A stretch of 64,000 bases of DNA from Eledone cirrhosa (taxonomy: Eukaryota), in assembly GCA_964016885.1 (NCBI GenBank), contig OZ024740.1, positions 392,398,001-392,462,000 on the forward strand, written 5' to 3'. The notes under the pieces are model-generated. The model did not search any database. It worked only from the letters and a program-made list of their open reading frames with translations, and was not told the DNA's origin. The position numbers and the translations under genes were made by a program. Positions 48,648-63,235 of this stretch are shown piece by piece; the stretch's first letter is position 1, and the number at the start of each line of letters is the position of its first letter.

Positions 48648-49889
48648 TTGGGTTGGCCAAAAAGTCAATTTGGCTTTTGCCAATACTAAAGTTCAGGTAT
48701 TCTCATAGTTGCTAACTTTACTTTTTATTTCCAAATATGCACTTGCTAATTACTTGATACATCATAGTAGTTTGTAGCGAAACTCAACGAGATTGGTTGC
48801 ATTTTGTATGTTTATCTTAACCCTCAAAATGGAAAACGAATGAACATTATCAACGTATCATGTTTTTTTTTATTTTAAAAAAGGTTAGAAATCATCAGAA
48901 ACTTGCAGGAACATGTGTGCTGTGTGCAAAGAGGTTACTGTTACAGAACATGTATGCCAAGAGTGGTTTTCAAGATTTTGATTGGGAAATTGTTTTATTC
49001 AATTTGCATCTCGTTCTGGACGGCCAATTGTGGGTAACAGCGACCAAGTGAAGAAGTTATTTGACACCAACTCCTGTCTTACAACCAGGGAGATCACAGA
49101 TATTCTCCAGATGTCCAAATCAAGTATTGAAAACCATCTTCATAAACTTGGTTACGTCAACAAGCTTGATGTTTGGGTTCCCCATGAATTGAATGAAGCC
49201 AACCTCACTCAACGGATTTCCATCTGCGATACCTTGCTTAAACATGAAGAAAACGGTTCGTTTTTGAAGAAAATGGTAACTGGAGATGACAAATGGATCG
49301 TCTATAACAATGTGAAATAAAAATGATCATGGGAGAAGCCCCAAGAACCACCACAAACAACGTCCAAAGCAGGACTTCATCCAAAGAACATTATGCTTTC
49401 AATTTGCTGAGGTTGGTAGAGTGTTGTCTTTTACAAGTTTCTTCCCACAAACAGGATCATCAATTTGGCTGCGTACTGTGATAAATTAAATAGCTGGATA
49501 AATTAAATGCAGTGATCTGCCAGAAGCGTCCAGAACTTGCTAATTCATCAAGACAATGCCAGACCACACACTTCATTGCAGACGCAGCAGAAGTTAATAG
49601 AGCTTGACTGGGAAGTTTTACCTCACCTTCCATATTCCCCCAACTTTGTTCCTTCAGATTTCCACCTGTTTTGGTCTCTTCAAAATTCATTGAATGGACA
49701 GAACTTAAAGAGTTCTTCACCAGTAAAGACAGGAAATTCTTTGAACAGGAAATAGTAGATCTACATAGAAGATGATGGAAGGTACTGGAATAAAATAGCA
49801 AATATATTATTGATTGAATATATTGCTTTGGGTTTAAACTGTGTCTCATTTTCACTAAGAAAACCATACAGACTTTTTGGCCAATCCAA
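48648..49889 (+). mobile_element. Full-length decayed mariner (DD34D) transposon
   Basis: TIRs TTGGGTTGGCCAAAAAGTC / GACTTTTTGGCCAATCCAA, 5' TA. Motifs RSGRP, WVPHEL, VTGDDKWIVYNN, HQDNARPH, PYSPNFVPSDFHLF; many stops. Confidence 0.92.
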
Positions 49890-50149
49890 CTGCTAAATCA
49901 TTATGGGATGTTAAGAGGTAAGAAAAGGAGAGGACAGATAATTCAGTCCTTGATACTCTTTAAACAATGGGATGGTCATGGCTGAAATACTTTTGATCAT
50001 GGGTCTGCTAGACTATAGTAACTACCATATAAATATTTGACAGCCACTCATAATCATGTATGACCTGCTGATAGAAATGTTGTTTTGTTCTTTTTAATTA
50101 ATGAAAACTTTATCAGCAGTGTTTTGCTCTTTGTTGGGATTGTAGACCA

Positions 50150-50960
50150 AAGGCTTTGGTACAACTAAGTTGGCTGATAATGCAGAATGTTGTTGGTAGA
50201 CCTGTTTTGGTTCTTTCTCTTTCCTTCTTGTGTTGTCCAATGTAATTCTACAATTTTACTCCTTTCTTTATATCTTTCCACTACTATTCATAGGCAGTTG
50301 TTGTCTTCTCTCGTGTAGTTGCAATCAGGCCAGCTGTTTCATTGAGATGTCATTTCATGACATACCTATAATGGATTTTTGTATGTGCTTTTCAACAACT
50401 TCCATATTTCACCTCACTGTAGATCATGGCCTTGAGGATCTTAGTGTACTCCATATGAATTACGTGTCCAATCCAGTGGAAGTGTGACTCCATCAGGATA
50501 TACTCAACACTAAGCCTATTTGCATGTTGGACCACCTGATTAAAGATGTGCTCTCACTAGGAAATGTTCATTATAGATTGTAAATAACACAAGTGGCGGT
50601 ATATTAGCATTTTGGTGTGCCAATGATAGAGGGTGTATGCCTCAATAGAATACAACAGGCAGGATAACACGACTGCTTGGTACACATTCTGGAAACATGG
50701 GATAAAACTGTCAACAAAGTAAATTCTTTTGTTGAGCTACATGAGAGAGGCTAGAGTAGATGTATGTGGTAATCCACTTATGTACTCAGGCTGATATCTT
50801 CAAAAATTGTACTCCCTAATATGTAAACTTCTACACCACATTTTGAGGTTAATGCATGATCAGGATGGAGGTAGATTTATGTTCAGGCTCTGACTGAAAC
50901 AAACTTCACTCTTTCTTACATTGATTGATAGGCTGAAAAGTGTCACCATATATTCAAAAT
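50150..50960 (-). mobile_element. Old RTE LINE C-terminal fragment
   Basis: Minus strand VYQAVVLSCLLYSIEAYTLY and HWIGHVIHMEYTKILKAMIYSEV. Confidence 0.65.
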
Positions 50961-51689
50961 GGCGTGTAATTTACTAGATATCTTTCAAAAAGTGAGCCAC
51001 TAGAACTTAGTCAGCATTAACCCTTTAGCATTTAAACTGAAGTCTCTCGCCTCTTTCTGTTCAAACCAACAATAACTGGTGGCTCATACTAACATTAAGG
51101 TATTGTTCTCAAAATAAATAATATCAACATTTCGTGGATTCAGTATTATGTGAGATAATTATGTAAGATAAAACCTTTACTACAAAAATACAATAGTATA
51201 TAGTACAATAGTAATATAAATGCGAAAAGGGTTAAAGAGAGATTCGTGGAAACACATAGCATGTCTTTCAATGTCACCGGTTTATGACATGTACCTTAGC
51301 AATTCAACAGAGAGGGATCAATGAAATAAGCACCAGATTTAAAAAAGCAAGCACTGGGTTGATATGATCAACTATACCATTCAAAGTGATGAAGTATTGG
51401 CAAATTTAAAATTTGCCAATACTTCATAAGTTAATCAAATGATGTTTACACATCACACTTAAATCTTCTGATAATTAGTAATAATTAGCATTCAATGGGT
51501 CTTTGGCATAATAGTTAAATACACTCAGTTAGTATACAAGAGATGTGAGGTCCGATTTCTGACAGGCATCTCCGTCTGCTTTTTTCCATCTCCAAGGTTA
51601 TTTTACCCAGTTTATTCAACTATTATTTTATTTATCTACATACATGCACACATACCCCTCTACCCACACACACAATCACCACCGCTGCC

Positions 51690-51840
51690 AGAGTAGGTCC
51701 AGTGTACTGGGAGAAGATCTGGGCTTCGACATAGCCAACAAACAAGTTGGCATAGTTCAGACCCATTCTGGTTCCCATCGCTACCCCAGGGACCTGTTAG
51801 TAGAACTCACCGGAAAAGGAAAACCCATCGAGGGTCAATG
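51690..51840 (-). mobile_element. Penelope-like RT fragment related to the 22-27 kb element
   Basis: FSFSGEFY*Q...GVAMGTRMGLNYANLFVGYVEAQIFSQYTGPT; a diverged homolog of 24520-24665. Confidence 0.85.
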
Positions 51841-53494
51841 ATATATATATATGAGTTGTTCTTTCTTTGTATACTACTAAGATTACAAGGTTATGTATGA
51901 TATATGTATATATCATACATATACATATATCATCATCATCATCATCGTTTAACGTCCATCTTCCATGCTAGCATGGGTTTGGGTTCAAACCTTGTAATCT
52001 TAGCAGTACACAAAGAAAGAACTCAATATTTATAATAGAGTAAATACATATTTATTTTCTTAAACTTTATATATATATACACACACATATATATATACAC
52101 ACACATATACATACATGATAATGATTTGTGTATTGATCTTATAAATATCTAAAACTGATGCACCATAAATCTATCATCTTAGAAAATTCTATCAGGTTGT
52201 TGGAAGTGTTTTTTTTTAGAAATAAATAAATAAAAACAACTGCATTTAAATGAAGCCATGTAGAGTAACTATCAGATGTCTTAGTCAATGCCACGCAGGG
52301 AATCTTATTTCATAGCCAGAATGGAAGGATGCATTATCTATCTTACTTCCTCCCACTACTCTACCCACTCCGTTCTCTTTTCTGCTCTACTTTCTTATCC
52401 CCTGGGATATTCCATGCATATCTCCCTTTTAGCTAATGCAGTTTTCAGTTACCAGCTATTAATATGGATTGATGACTATAAAATGTTTTAAGTTAAATTT
52501 TGATTTTGCAGTGTATCATAAGCAGACTAGCAGAGATTATAGATTTCTTCAAGCAGAATCAGTTCAGAGGGCTAAATACCAACCAGAAACACACACACAC
52601 ACACACACATTGAACATCATGTCCAACGATTTAGTTTCTTTATGTCTAGCTCTCCACTAGGATTCTACTAAGATTATCATCTTTGTCTTCATCAACATTT
52701 CAATATTTACGTTTTACCACTCAATCTTGTCATTTCATCTGTGAGGGCTGTTGAGACCTTACCTAACAACTTTCCACGCTTTCCTTGGCCTACCTCTCCT
52801 ATGAAGACCTTCCATTGTTAATCTGTACCCCAATACTAGAAATAATTTCTATTCTGAGCAACAGCTGGATCTCACTTGTCATTTGTGAACTGCTCACACA
52901 AATCTGGGACATCACATCTGCTAGAAAAACTGCCACTCACCAACATTTTCTCCTATTTGTTTATCATCACTTAGTCAAACAAAGGAATACCTATGACCAT
53001 TTTCAGAGGCTTCCAAGATGAGTGGGAAGGAGAGGAGGGGGGTATTCTCAAATCAGAGATTGAGCCTGAATGCTTGCAACAGAACAAACTCAGCTAGAAG
53101 CACACAAGGGCCAAGTGGTAGTGTGAAATATATCTTTAGTTGTTTCCTTCAATGGCCTCTTATTTCTCCTACTGTGTCTTATCTTAATGCTCCGTTGATA
53201 GAAAAACGTTGCTAACTTTTTCAATCCTCACTAGAACATACATCAAAACTTTTTACTTTCATAATAATTTAGTGTAAAGGAATGGGCTATGCCCATGGCC
53301 TTCACATGCACCTCAACACAGTTGATGCTCTTTTAAACAACTGAAAATATAATGGTTTTATCATTTCAACCACTTAAACTACTACCTCTCAATGGTTCAA
53401 AAGGCTATGGGCACAGCCCTTCATTTGACTAAGGTTTGAAAAAAGAATTTACCATATAAGACAAGCTAAAGCATAAAGTAACCTGTATTATCAT

Positions 53495-53578
<84 letters not shown>

Positions 53579-56500
53579 CATGTACACTGATGTAAAATTT
53601 TGAGTCAAAAGTAATTTATCTATTAGATAGAACATTAGCAGCAGCAGCACCATCACTGTATTTTGTCTATTTTCCATACTTGCATGGGTTAGACAAGTTG
53701 TCACTTGCTGATGCTAGACAAACCAGATAACTGTGTCTCACTCAGACGATCTCTCTGGCTGGATACCCTTCCTAATGCTAACCACTCAACAGCATGTATC
53801 AGATGTGTTTTATCGTGGCACCATAACTACCATCTGACAGGGTGGGCTGGGTGCTGTTGCAAGTTGGAAACAATTTAATATTCTGCAGTTCTAGCAGCTC
53901 AAATTAAAGTACACCCAGGGTAAAATAAACGATTTTATTAAATATGTTGAAATCAATTTTAATGATAAACATCATGAAAACATTTTCCAAGAAACAATGG
54001 CAGACATAGAACTGTTTTCTCAGCTACCAAAAGTGTACATTCACAAATATATACATGCACAAGTTCATACACATATGTGAGGGAATGATTTTAAATACTG
54101 TTTGATTTTTAGAATAATTACATTTCTTTAAATATCGGAGTTAAGTGCAACTTTAAAACAAGCATTTAAAATTAGAAAATAAGCTCCAATGATCTTACTA
54201 CTTGATTTGAAATATAACTGCGAGTTAGTGAACTGCATGAATAGTATTTTCAGTTCAATTACATAAGAGATGAGATTCTTTGTAAAAGCATTTTTTAAAA
54301 CAATGAAAAGGCAATAGTCTCTTTATATTAGATTTTGAATAGGTTCAAAACCAGCTTCAAGCATTAGTGGTGGCAATGTATATTATTCATTTTTTTTTCT
54401 TTTTGTATGATTCAAATTTGTTGAAAAGTAGCTAGTCTTTCTACATAATATTTCATGATTGAGTGGTTCATATTTTTCCTGTTAAATTGAATTCAAATTA
54501 TTATTCGTCTGAATATTATATCTGTCCAATACATGCTTTTATTGGAAAATGTTAAATGGTTTATTTGTATGCTTTCTATTCAATTAAGAATAGTATAACT
54601 GAATAGATCTTTGCTAGCTTGGAAAACTGGTGTTAAATGATGCTGATGATGATGAAGCCAGCATAAAAAAAGTAGACGTAAAATGATCCTGATGAAACTA
54701 GTACCCCTGATATCCGCAGATAAGTGGCAGCTTTTTTTTTTTACTAAAAGTCAGGTACCAAAAATTACATGCCACTTATCTACGAATCTTTTACTAGGCT
54801 TGAAATGTGCAGTACTCACTAACACACACAGAAGCAAATGATTGAGTATGTAGTGAATATGACAGGGACCTGGAAAATGCTGGAGCGAAGAACAGTAAAA
54901 ATATTATGATTTTAACAACCAAGATGTGGACACAAGTCTGAATAAATCATTGTATAATAATTGTTTCTACTTTTGGCACAAGGCCAGCAATTACCCAATG
55001 CATTACTGGTACTTTATTTTATTGACCCCGTAAGGGTGAAAGGGAAAGTTAACCTCGGCGGGATTTGAACTCAGAATGGCAAGGGCCGTAACTCTATGCG
55101 TCAAAGCATGGCGTCCGACCTTCTACTAATACTGCATGATTCTTTGTTTTAGAAATTCAAACAATATAATATATATATGGAGTGGGATGCTATAGGTATG
55201 GCAACAATATCTGAGAGGTTGTCAAGTCCTTTCTAGTTTGGTGCCATGATGAGATGCACCCAGTGATAAACATTTTGCAGTGTTGAAGTTGTTTTCATTG
55301 CTTTCTTGCATTTTTTGGGGGGGTCATTTATTCATATTTTTGTATTTTTCTTCCCTAATCCAACCTCTATGAGAAATTAAAGAAAAGAACATGAATTTCT
55401 AAAAGAAAATAATTAGTTAATATAGGAACAGAAGGTGAAATCAATCAGTGAGACAAAAAGTATAGTCAATAAAAGTTCAGGAAAAGGCTCGCATATCAAC
55501 CAAAAATGTTCAAAGATAGTCAAGACTTGCTTGTGTTTTTCAATCTCCTAAAATCAATGAAGGAATGAAAGGGGCATGGATTCAAGTCACATGCCGGCAG
55601 TTCATCTAGATCAGCAATAATTCTAAATAAAACTGATATGGAGTAGAGGGTATGATATAATCTTGTCAAAGAAAATATCACTAAAATTAATGGCATGATA
55701 AAATACAACCAGTCCATGCTCTAGTCACAAGCCATCCAATCACAAAACACATACCTCCCACCCATGTCTCCTCACAACCCACAACTGAAAAAGTATGGCA
55801 TGCACAACAATAAACATTGGTGGTTTCCTGTTGCCAGTGTGTACGAGATGAGGGAGTACCATGACAAGAGGCAAGATACTGTGAGACACATCCAACAATA
55901 CCAGCATGGAAAAATGGAAGTAAAAAAATGATAATGATTATATACTCATTTCATTCCTTCTTCCTCTACTATTTCTTAAAAACATATTTCTAAGCAACTA
56001 GCAATCACAATATTACAGATATTAGTAACAGAAAGAGGAAGTCTGACCAGTATACTTTCAACTTTATCTAGAACATCACATTCACTAGACAACAGACTCA
56101 CATGTTTGAGAATTAGATGTGAAGAGATAGTGAACAAGGAAAAAAGTGTGAAACAGAGAGGAAGAAGAATCTAAGATCTTTTAATTAACATGTTAGCTCA
56201 TTTCTGATTCTAGTAAGAAAAAAGAAAACAATTATTTTTTTCTTTCACTGGTTTTTTTTTTTGGAGTGTAGAGGGATGTGGCCATGTTGGGGCACTGTCT
56301 TGAAAAGTTTAGTCAATCAAATCGATCCTAGTACTAATATTTGAATCTGAGACTCATTCCACCAATCTCTATTTGCCAAACTGCTAGATTATTAGATAAA
56401 GCACACATAGACATATGTATATCTGTATGTGTGTGTGTATGATGTGGTCAATTTGGCTGAATTGTTAGAGGTCTCTGCATACTGAATTTGAATCCCACTG

Positions 56501-56896
56501 AGGTCTACTTTGCTTTTAATTCTTTTGAGGTTGATAAAGAAAGTACCAGGCTAATGCTGGTGTAGTCCTCTTTCTTGCCGTCTGTTACACCATAAATGTT
56601 TCACTGGATGAGGGGGGGGGGGTGTCAAGAGCATGTCTATGTCTGCTTGTGACTGCATGGACACCTAAAACCCTAAGCAAAAACAGGCTAAATACTACCA
56701 AGTCATACTCAATTATGAGTGATAAGTATACTATTATATATATATATATATACACAGATAAATCCACCAATTCATGGTAGGGTCTAAGCCGTATGAAGAA
56801 CTCAATGTAATCCGTATGTGGAAGATGTTGTGAAGCAAAGTTTAAAATACAAAATTTCAACGATGTAATTCATTGGAAGCAGAGTCAAAATAATAG

Positions 56897-56995
56897 AAAT
56901 AGTGAAAACAATGAAATTAAACAAAAAACGGTTAATTCATAGTAAAACTCTATGAATTAACTGTTTTTTGTTTAATTTCATTGTTTTCACTATTT
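56897..56995. repeat. 46-bp-arm hairpin with 7-nt loop
   Basis: 56897-56942 is the reverse complement of 56950-56995 with one mismatch; abuts (TA)n. Confidence 0.9.
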
Positions 56996-57022
56996 GTATA
57001 TATATATATATAATACATATAT

Positions 57023-57088
<66 letters not shown>

Positions 57089-57164
57089 CACAAATCGGAA
57101 ATTGAGTTTTACTTATTTCTACCCGCCGAAATACGATTCTTGCTGAATTTATATTTATATATAT

Positions 57165-58050
57165 ATCATCATCATCATCATCGTTTAACATCTATCTTGC
57201 ACGCTAACACGGGTTTAGACGGAAATTGTCCCACTTGAGGCAAGATTGGTTGTCTTGCTCGTGTAGGACTGTCTGGCAGGTTTTCTACGGCTGGATGCCC
57301 TTCCTAACACCAATCACGTTTACAGTGTGGACTGGAAGGTTTTCACTGTGTTACCACATTACAGCGTGGACTGTGTGTTTTTTTGTCGTGACACCTACAC
57401 AACCTCATTTATTTAGGACTGGATGTTGTGGCACCAACATAACTTTACATTGAAAGGGGTGGTGTAGATGGGGGTGGGCGTGGGGGATGGGGTGTATTTT
57501 GGTTAAGAGGTGCCTACTGACTGTAGGTTTCGCTTTGTACATAGGCAAGGCGTGTCTTCTGTATTACTGTGTAGCGCCAAAGATCTCGGTCCAGTGACAT
57601 CATCTTGGAGAAGTGTAAGTGTGTAAGGTCGGAATTTATCAAATCGTCCCAGGTTTTTCTGGGTCTGCCTACTCTGTAGCTACTGTCTATTTTGATCGCC
57701 CTGCACTTTTTTATACAGCTGTCGTCTTTCATGCGCATCACGTGACCATACCAATGTAGTCTTCTCTCGAGTAAACAACATCTGATTCCTCTTATTCCTA
57801 ATTTCTCCCTTAGTTCATTTATGCTTTGCCGTTCACGTATATTACTATTACACATCCAACGGAGCATGCAAGCTTCGTTCCTCTCCAGTCTGCGTATATC
57901 CTCTGCACACAATGCCCATGTCTCACTGCCATGTAAAATTGCTGTTCGTATGCAGGCATCATACAGTCTGCCTTTCATTTTTAGAGAGAAACCTTTAGCG
58001 GCCAATAGTGGTATAAGCTCTCTGAACCTTTTCCATCCCATTCTGACTCT
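57165..58050 (-). mobile_element. 5'-truncated RTE LINE (family 2 relative) with (GAT)n tail
   Basis: GWKRFRELIPLL...ILHGSETW...RLHWYGHVMRM...GRPRKTW. Confidence 0.88.
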
Positions 58051-59629
58051 ATATATATATATATATAATAGGGGTGTATATGAAAGCATATACTATATGT
58101 TTATATAGAAAAAAATATTTTTCATTATGACACACTGTTTCTCTCTTTTGCTCTGTGAACGCACCACATATCTCAGTAGCAGCCGAGAATGCCAGACAGT
58201 GCTGTTTAAAGATTTGTTAATCTCTCATCAGTGATACTCACTATATGATAGGGTTCTATACAGTTTCTGTCTACCAAAATTCACTCTGTCTCAGGATATA
58301 ATAGAAAACAATTAGACATTTACACAATGTGCAACACAGTAGCACTGATCCTCCAACTACATGGTTGCAAAGCAAATTTCATAACCATACAACCAACCAT
58401 GTTTGCACCTTTCATAGGTTTTAGAAAATAAATTTCTAAATTGATAACCAATATTTAAAAGAGAAATTGAATGGGTTTTAACAGTCATCTATGGTTTATT
58501 GAAGATCCTATATAATAACCATGGCTGAGTCTACTAGAATGTATACCTAGATAAGCATTTTGTATCATTAAGTAAGCAGAGCTCAATGTTAATTTTTAGA
58601 ATGATGGCATTTTTGTGCTAGCAGATTTGAACCCAGAATGTAGTGAGACAGAACAAAATACTGGAAAAAGCTTTGTTTAGTCATGTACCACTCTTGTCAA
58701 ACTCACCACCCTCATAACATAAAATAGTAATAAGCAATGGTGAAATTTATGAGATGTAGGGTAGGACATTTTGGTTCATAATTTTCTCAAAATGAAGGTA
58801 AAAATAGATTAATCCTATTTGTCCAAAATTTTTAGAACAGAAGAGAGAATATTTAACAACAATAAAAATAAATAATATTCTTTCACTGGTAAAATAAAAA
58901 TGATTCTAAAATACAGTAATGTCATCAACTTTGAAGTTAGATGAAAGCTGAAAGGCAGAAGAAATAATTGACGCATCCAACCACAAACACACAGAATAAA
59001 TGTGAAAGCAGAATACAAAACAAAACTTGATCCTTAATCCATTTTGCCTGTTTCAGCTTACATGCCATCTCAACTGAGTTCTCTAATTAAGAGTGAAATA
59101 GGGGTTAGATGCATAGTGTCAAATTCAATTTTACATATAATGAAAAGCAAATTATTATTTTCTTCAGATATTTTTCTTTTTAATAAAATCCCATTCTCAG
59201 CTTATTCCCAGAGTTACTTAGGATAAAAAACAGTGTTGCTTTATATATTCTTGAAATAAATTCTAAGCAAAGAGGAGAAATTCAATTAAAATGTGCATGT
59301 GTGAGAGTATGTATGTAGGTGTGTGTGTGTGAATATGTGTGTGAATGTATATACATAGTAATATATGAGGTTATAGTGTAATAGTTCACTATTTTTATTA
59401 GTGAGATGAATTAAGCTCAATGCACATTTTTACCCTTCGTTCTTCAGTAGCAAACAGTAATAGTAGCAAAGTATTTATAATTCAAAATTCAATAAAACCA
59501 AATACTAATCCTTGGTTTTATTGAATTTTGAATATATATATATATCATCATCGTTTAATGTTCACTTTCCTATATATATATCATCATCATCATCGTTTAA
59601 CATCTTCCATGCTAGCATGGGTTAAACGG

Positions 59630-62120
59630 GCGTTGTCCCAGGAATGTACCTCCCAACATAACTTAGTTGTCAGCGACCTCACGGTCAGAACTAGACAAAC
59701 TTGGAAACAGAAGGCAACCTGGAGAAGAAAGATCTGGAAGCTGAAAGACGCCCTCAGCCAGTAACAGATTTAAAGATATCTTACTCGATGCCTATGACAG
59801 TAAAGAAGGACAGATAGAGACATTCAATGTAGAAGAGCACTGGGAGTTCCTAAAAAATAACTTAATAAAGGCGACGGATGAGATCTGTGGTTGGAGCAAG
59901 ACCACAGGGAGGAGGAGAGTGACTTGGTGGTGAAACAATAAGGTAAATGAGGCAGTTAAGGCTAAGAGACAGGCATGGAAAAAATGGAAGAATGGGGGAA
60001 GCAGGGTACATTACATAGAGACTAGGAGGGAAGCTAGGCGACAAGTATACTTAGCTAGGAGGGAAGCAGAGGATAGAAAATTCAAGCATGTTTTGCAGCG
60101 TGAGGACCAGAACAGGAGGTGTTCAAGATTGCGAGGCAGTGTGTCAGAGAGAATTGTGATGTCATTGGAGAGAAGTGTATCTGGAATGATAAAGGTGAGC
60201 TTGCCCTCACAAGTGCTGAGAAGAAAGATGCGTGGAAGAACCATTATGAAAGATTACTAAATGAGGAGAATGCATCGGAAAAAGACACACTACACAAAGA
60301 GGACCCTATAGAGGGGCCAGCAGTACAAGTCAGCAGCAGCGTAGTAAATAAGGCAATTAAAGATATGAAGATTAGGAAGGCAACCGGTTTATTGGGTATA
60401 GCTGCCAAGATGCTGAAGGCATTTGGGTCGGTAGGTCACACCATAACCACACGTATTGTTAACCAGGTAATACTAGAGTGTCATATCAAAGGATTGGTGC
60501 AGCAGCATCATTGTCAACTGCTACAAGGGTAAAGGTGATGCACTAGATATAGGAAACTATAGAGGTATAAAGCTGATGGACTAAGTCATGAAAATAACGG
60601 AAAGAGTTATAGTACAGTTGATTAGGGACCAGGTAAAACTAGATGAGATACAATTTGGGTTTGTGCCAGGAAAAGGCACGACTGATGCCCTCTTCCTTGT
60701 GAGGCAGTCACAGGAAAAGTATTTAGCTAAAAGTAAGCCGCTCTACCTGGCATTTTTTGATCTGGAAAAAGTCTTCGACAGAGTCCCCCATGCTATAATC
60801 TGGTGGGCTCTTAGAAATCTAGAAGATGAATGGCTTCTGAAAGCTGTACAAGCCATGTATAGGGGAGCAGTCAGCAAAGTTAGGGTTAGCATTGACTACA
60901 GCGAGGAATTTAGCATACACAATCTAGTGTCCACCAGGGCTCTGTTCTTAGCCCTCTCCTGTTCATTATAGTATTGCAGGCAATAACGGAAGAGTTTAAG
61001 ACCGGATGCCCATGGGTACTCCTAAATGCGGATAATCTCACACTTATAGCTGAATCTATGGTGGAACTAGAGAATAAATTCCAAACATGGAAGCAGGGAC
61101 TAGAAAGAAAAGGTCTCAAAGTCAACTTGACAAAGACTAAGGTCCTCATAAGTAGACGAGAAAACAGAACCCAGATCCCCTCAGAGAAATGGCCTTGCTC
61201 ACTATGTAGGAAAGGTGTAGGTAGGAACTCCATCCTCTGCCCCAAATGCAAACAATGGGTAAAAAAGAGATGTAGTGGGATCTCAGGAAGCTTGGCTAAG
61301 AATGTAGGCTTCACATGTAGCAGCTGCGCTGGGAAAGCAAGCAGCAAATGGCCACAGGAAACAAGCACCACCAAACTCTGGGAGGGCTCCGTAGAAACAG
61401 TAGACAGCTTTTGCTACTTAGGTGACCGAATTAGCAGTGGGTGTTTGGAAAGTACAGAAATTAGGGTAAGAACAGGGTGGAAGAAGTTCAGGGAGGTACT
61501 GCCACTGCTAGTGCAAAAGGCTTTTCCCTCAAAATGAAAGGCAGACTGTATGATGCGTGTATACGAACAGCAATGTTACATGGTAGTGAGACCTGGGCAC
61601 TGTCTGTAGAAGACTTGCGTAGATTAGAAAGAATCAAATCTTGCATGCTCCGATGGATGTGTAATACGTGAACGGCAAAACAAACGAATTGAGAGAGAGA
61701 CTGAGCATAAGAGGAATCAAAAGCCGAGCTTACCCAATTGCATCTCTCAAAGGCGATTACACACGACCATGACCTCTGGCGTCACGCAGTAATACAGAAG
61801 AGTCGACTTCCCACGGGTACAAGCTGAAGCATATAGACAATATGCCCCCACCCCCTCTCACTGGTCGTGGAGGTGCCACGGCAAAAAAGCACCCAGCCCA
61901 CACTGTAAAGTGGACGTGTTGGCGCCACAGCAAAAGCACCCAGCACTCACTGTATATGTTTTTGGTGTTAGGAAGGGCATCCAGCTGTAGAAATCAAGCC
62001 AGAATCAGTTCCCGTATGAGCAAGACAAGGTCAACCGACCAGACACTGCCCACAACAGAACCCATCTAACCCATGGTAGTGTGGAAGAACGGATGTAAAA
62101 CGGTGATGATGATGATGATG
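59630..62120 (+). mobile_element. Decayed RTE LINE (family 2): RT to 3' tail, with an internal deletion near 61720
   Basis: QFGFVPGKGT, FFDLEKVFDRV, LLNADNL (degenerate YADD), Cys-rich insert WPCSLCRKGVGRNSILCPKCKQWVKKRC, FCYLGD, LHGSETW; (GAT)n tail. Confidence 0.9.
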
Positions 62121-62269
62121 ACACACACACACATATATATGTATATATATATGCCAACCACATTTACAGCATGGACTGAGTGTTTTTTTTATCGCAACAC
62201 CAAAATTACCACTTTACAATGTAGACTGGGTGCTTTTTGCCATGACATCTACACACAGCACTGTTAAAA

Positions 62270-62960
62270 TTGGTACATTTGTACAAATTTGGTACTATTT
62301 GCCCTTAATTTGACTTTTCTGAATGTTTGGTACCATGTTTGGACTTTTTGGTATGGTTTAGAGATGGTACTTGCTTTGTGAATTTGGCTTAATTTATATT
62401 CTAAAATCGTTCAGTGATTTATCAGCTATAACAATTTTTATGTCGAGAAGCTATCCATTAAATGTCAGATTTCACTAGATGTCCATAACTCTTCTGCATA
62501 TTATTTCAAATCAGTAACCAACCATTATCTGTACCATCCTGGTAACCAACAATAATGCACTATTCGCTCAAAATCTATCAGTGGACGTTTTATTTGAATA
62601 GATTCCACTAACAACATGCAAGGACATCTAAATATAGATAGAGCAAGATGAATCCTTGGAAGACAACCATATCAGTTCAGTTTAAGCAGTTGTGTCATGG
62701 CGTGCTTTGGTGATGTCATCTTTCAATATCTGAACTGTTTTGCTCTTTGAGAAACATTTTGAACTCATTATGGGTGAGAAAAAGGTGAATATAGAATATT
62801 ATTCTGATAGGGACAAAAACAACACACCTGAGAAGAAAAAACAAAAATCCATTTTCTATGGATGAAAAGTTACGTCAAAATTATTAAATGATGAGAAATT
62901 TTCATCATGGTTGGAATTGAATAAAAACCATGCAACTAAATGCTATTGTAAATTCTTTTT
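62270..62960 (+). mobile_element. Possible hAT-like DNA transposon 5' fragment
   Basis: Short subterminal TTGGTAC repeats at 62270-62370, and LLNDEKFSSWLELNKNHATKCYCKF resembling the start of a BED/TTF finger. Confidence 0.4.
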
Positions 62961-63069
62961 TCTATTATTTGGATTTTTCCTGTAAATAGGCAGCTGGTTT
63001 ATAACAAAAATAATAATAAATAAATAAAGATCATAATTGTGATTTGGATAACAAAAAGGATGAATGCCA

Positions 63070-63235
63070 TATGTTGAACTTTTGAAGAGCTTTGCATAAT
63101 TTTACTGTTCTGCTTATAGATAGTATTTGTAAAATGTGTGTCAGCTGATCAGTTTCTATGCCTGAAAACCCTAGCTTTTCCATATTGTCACTTAGGCATT
63201 TACTAATATAGACAAATGCACCAATAATTATAATC
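63070..63235 (-). mobile_element. C-terminus of an RLE-type (R4/Dong-like) LINE
   Basis: IIIGAFVYISKCLSDNMEKLGF...LQILSISRTVKLCKALQKF resembles the P...GALG.....L..LG....LQ C-terminus of this clade. Confidence 0.55.
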
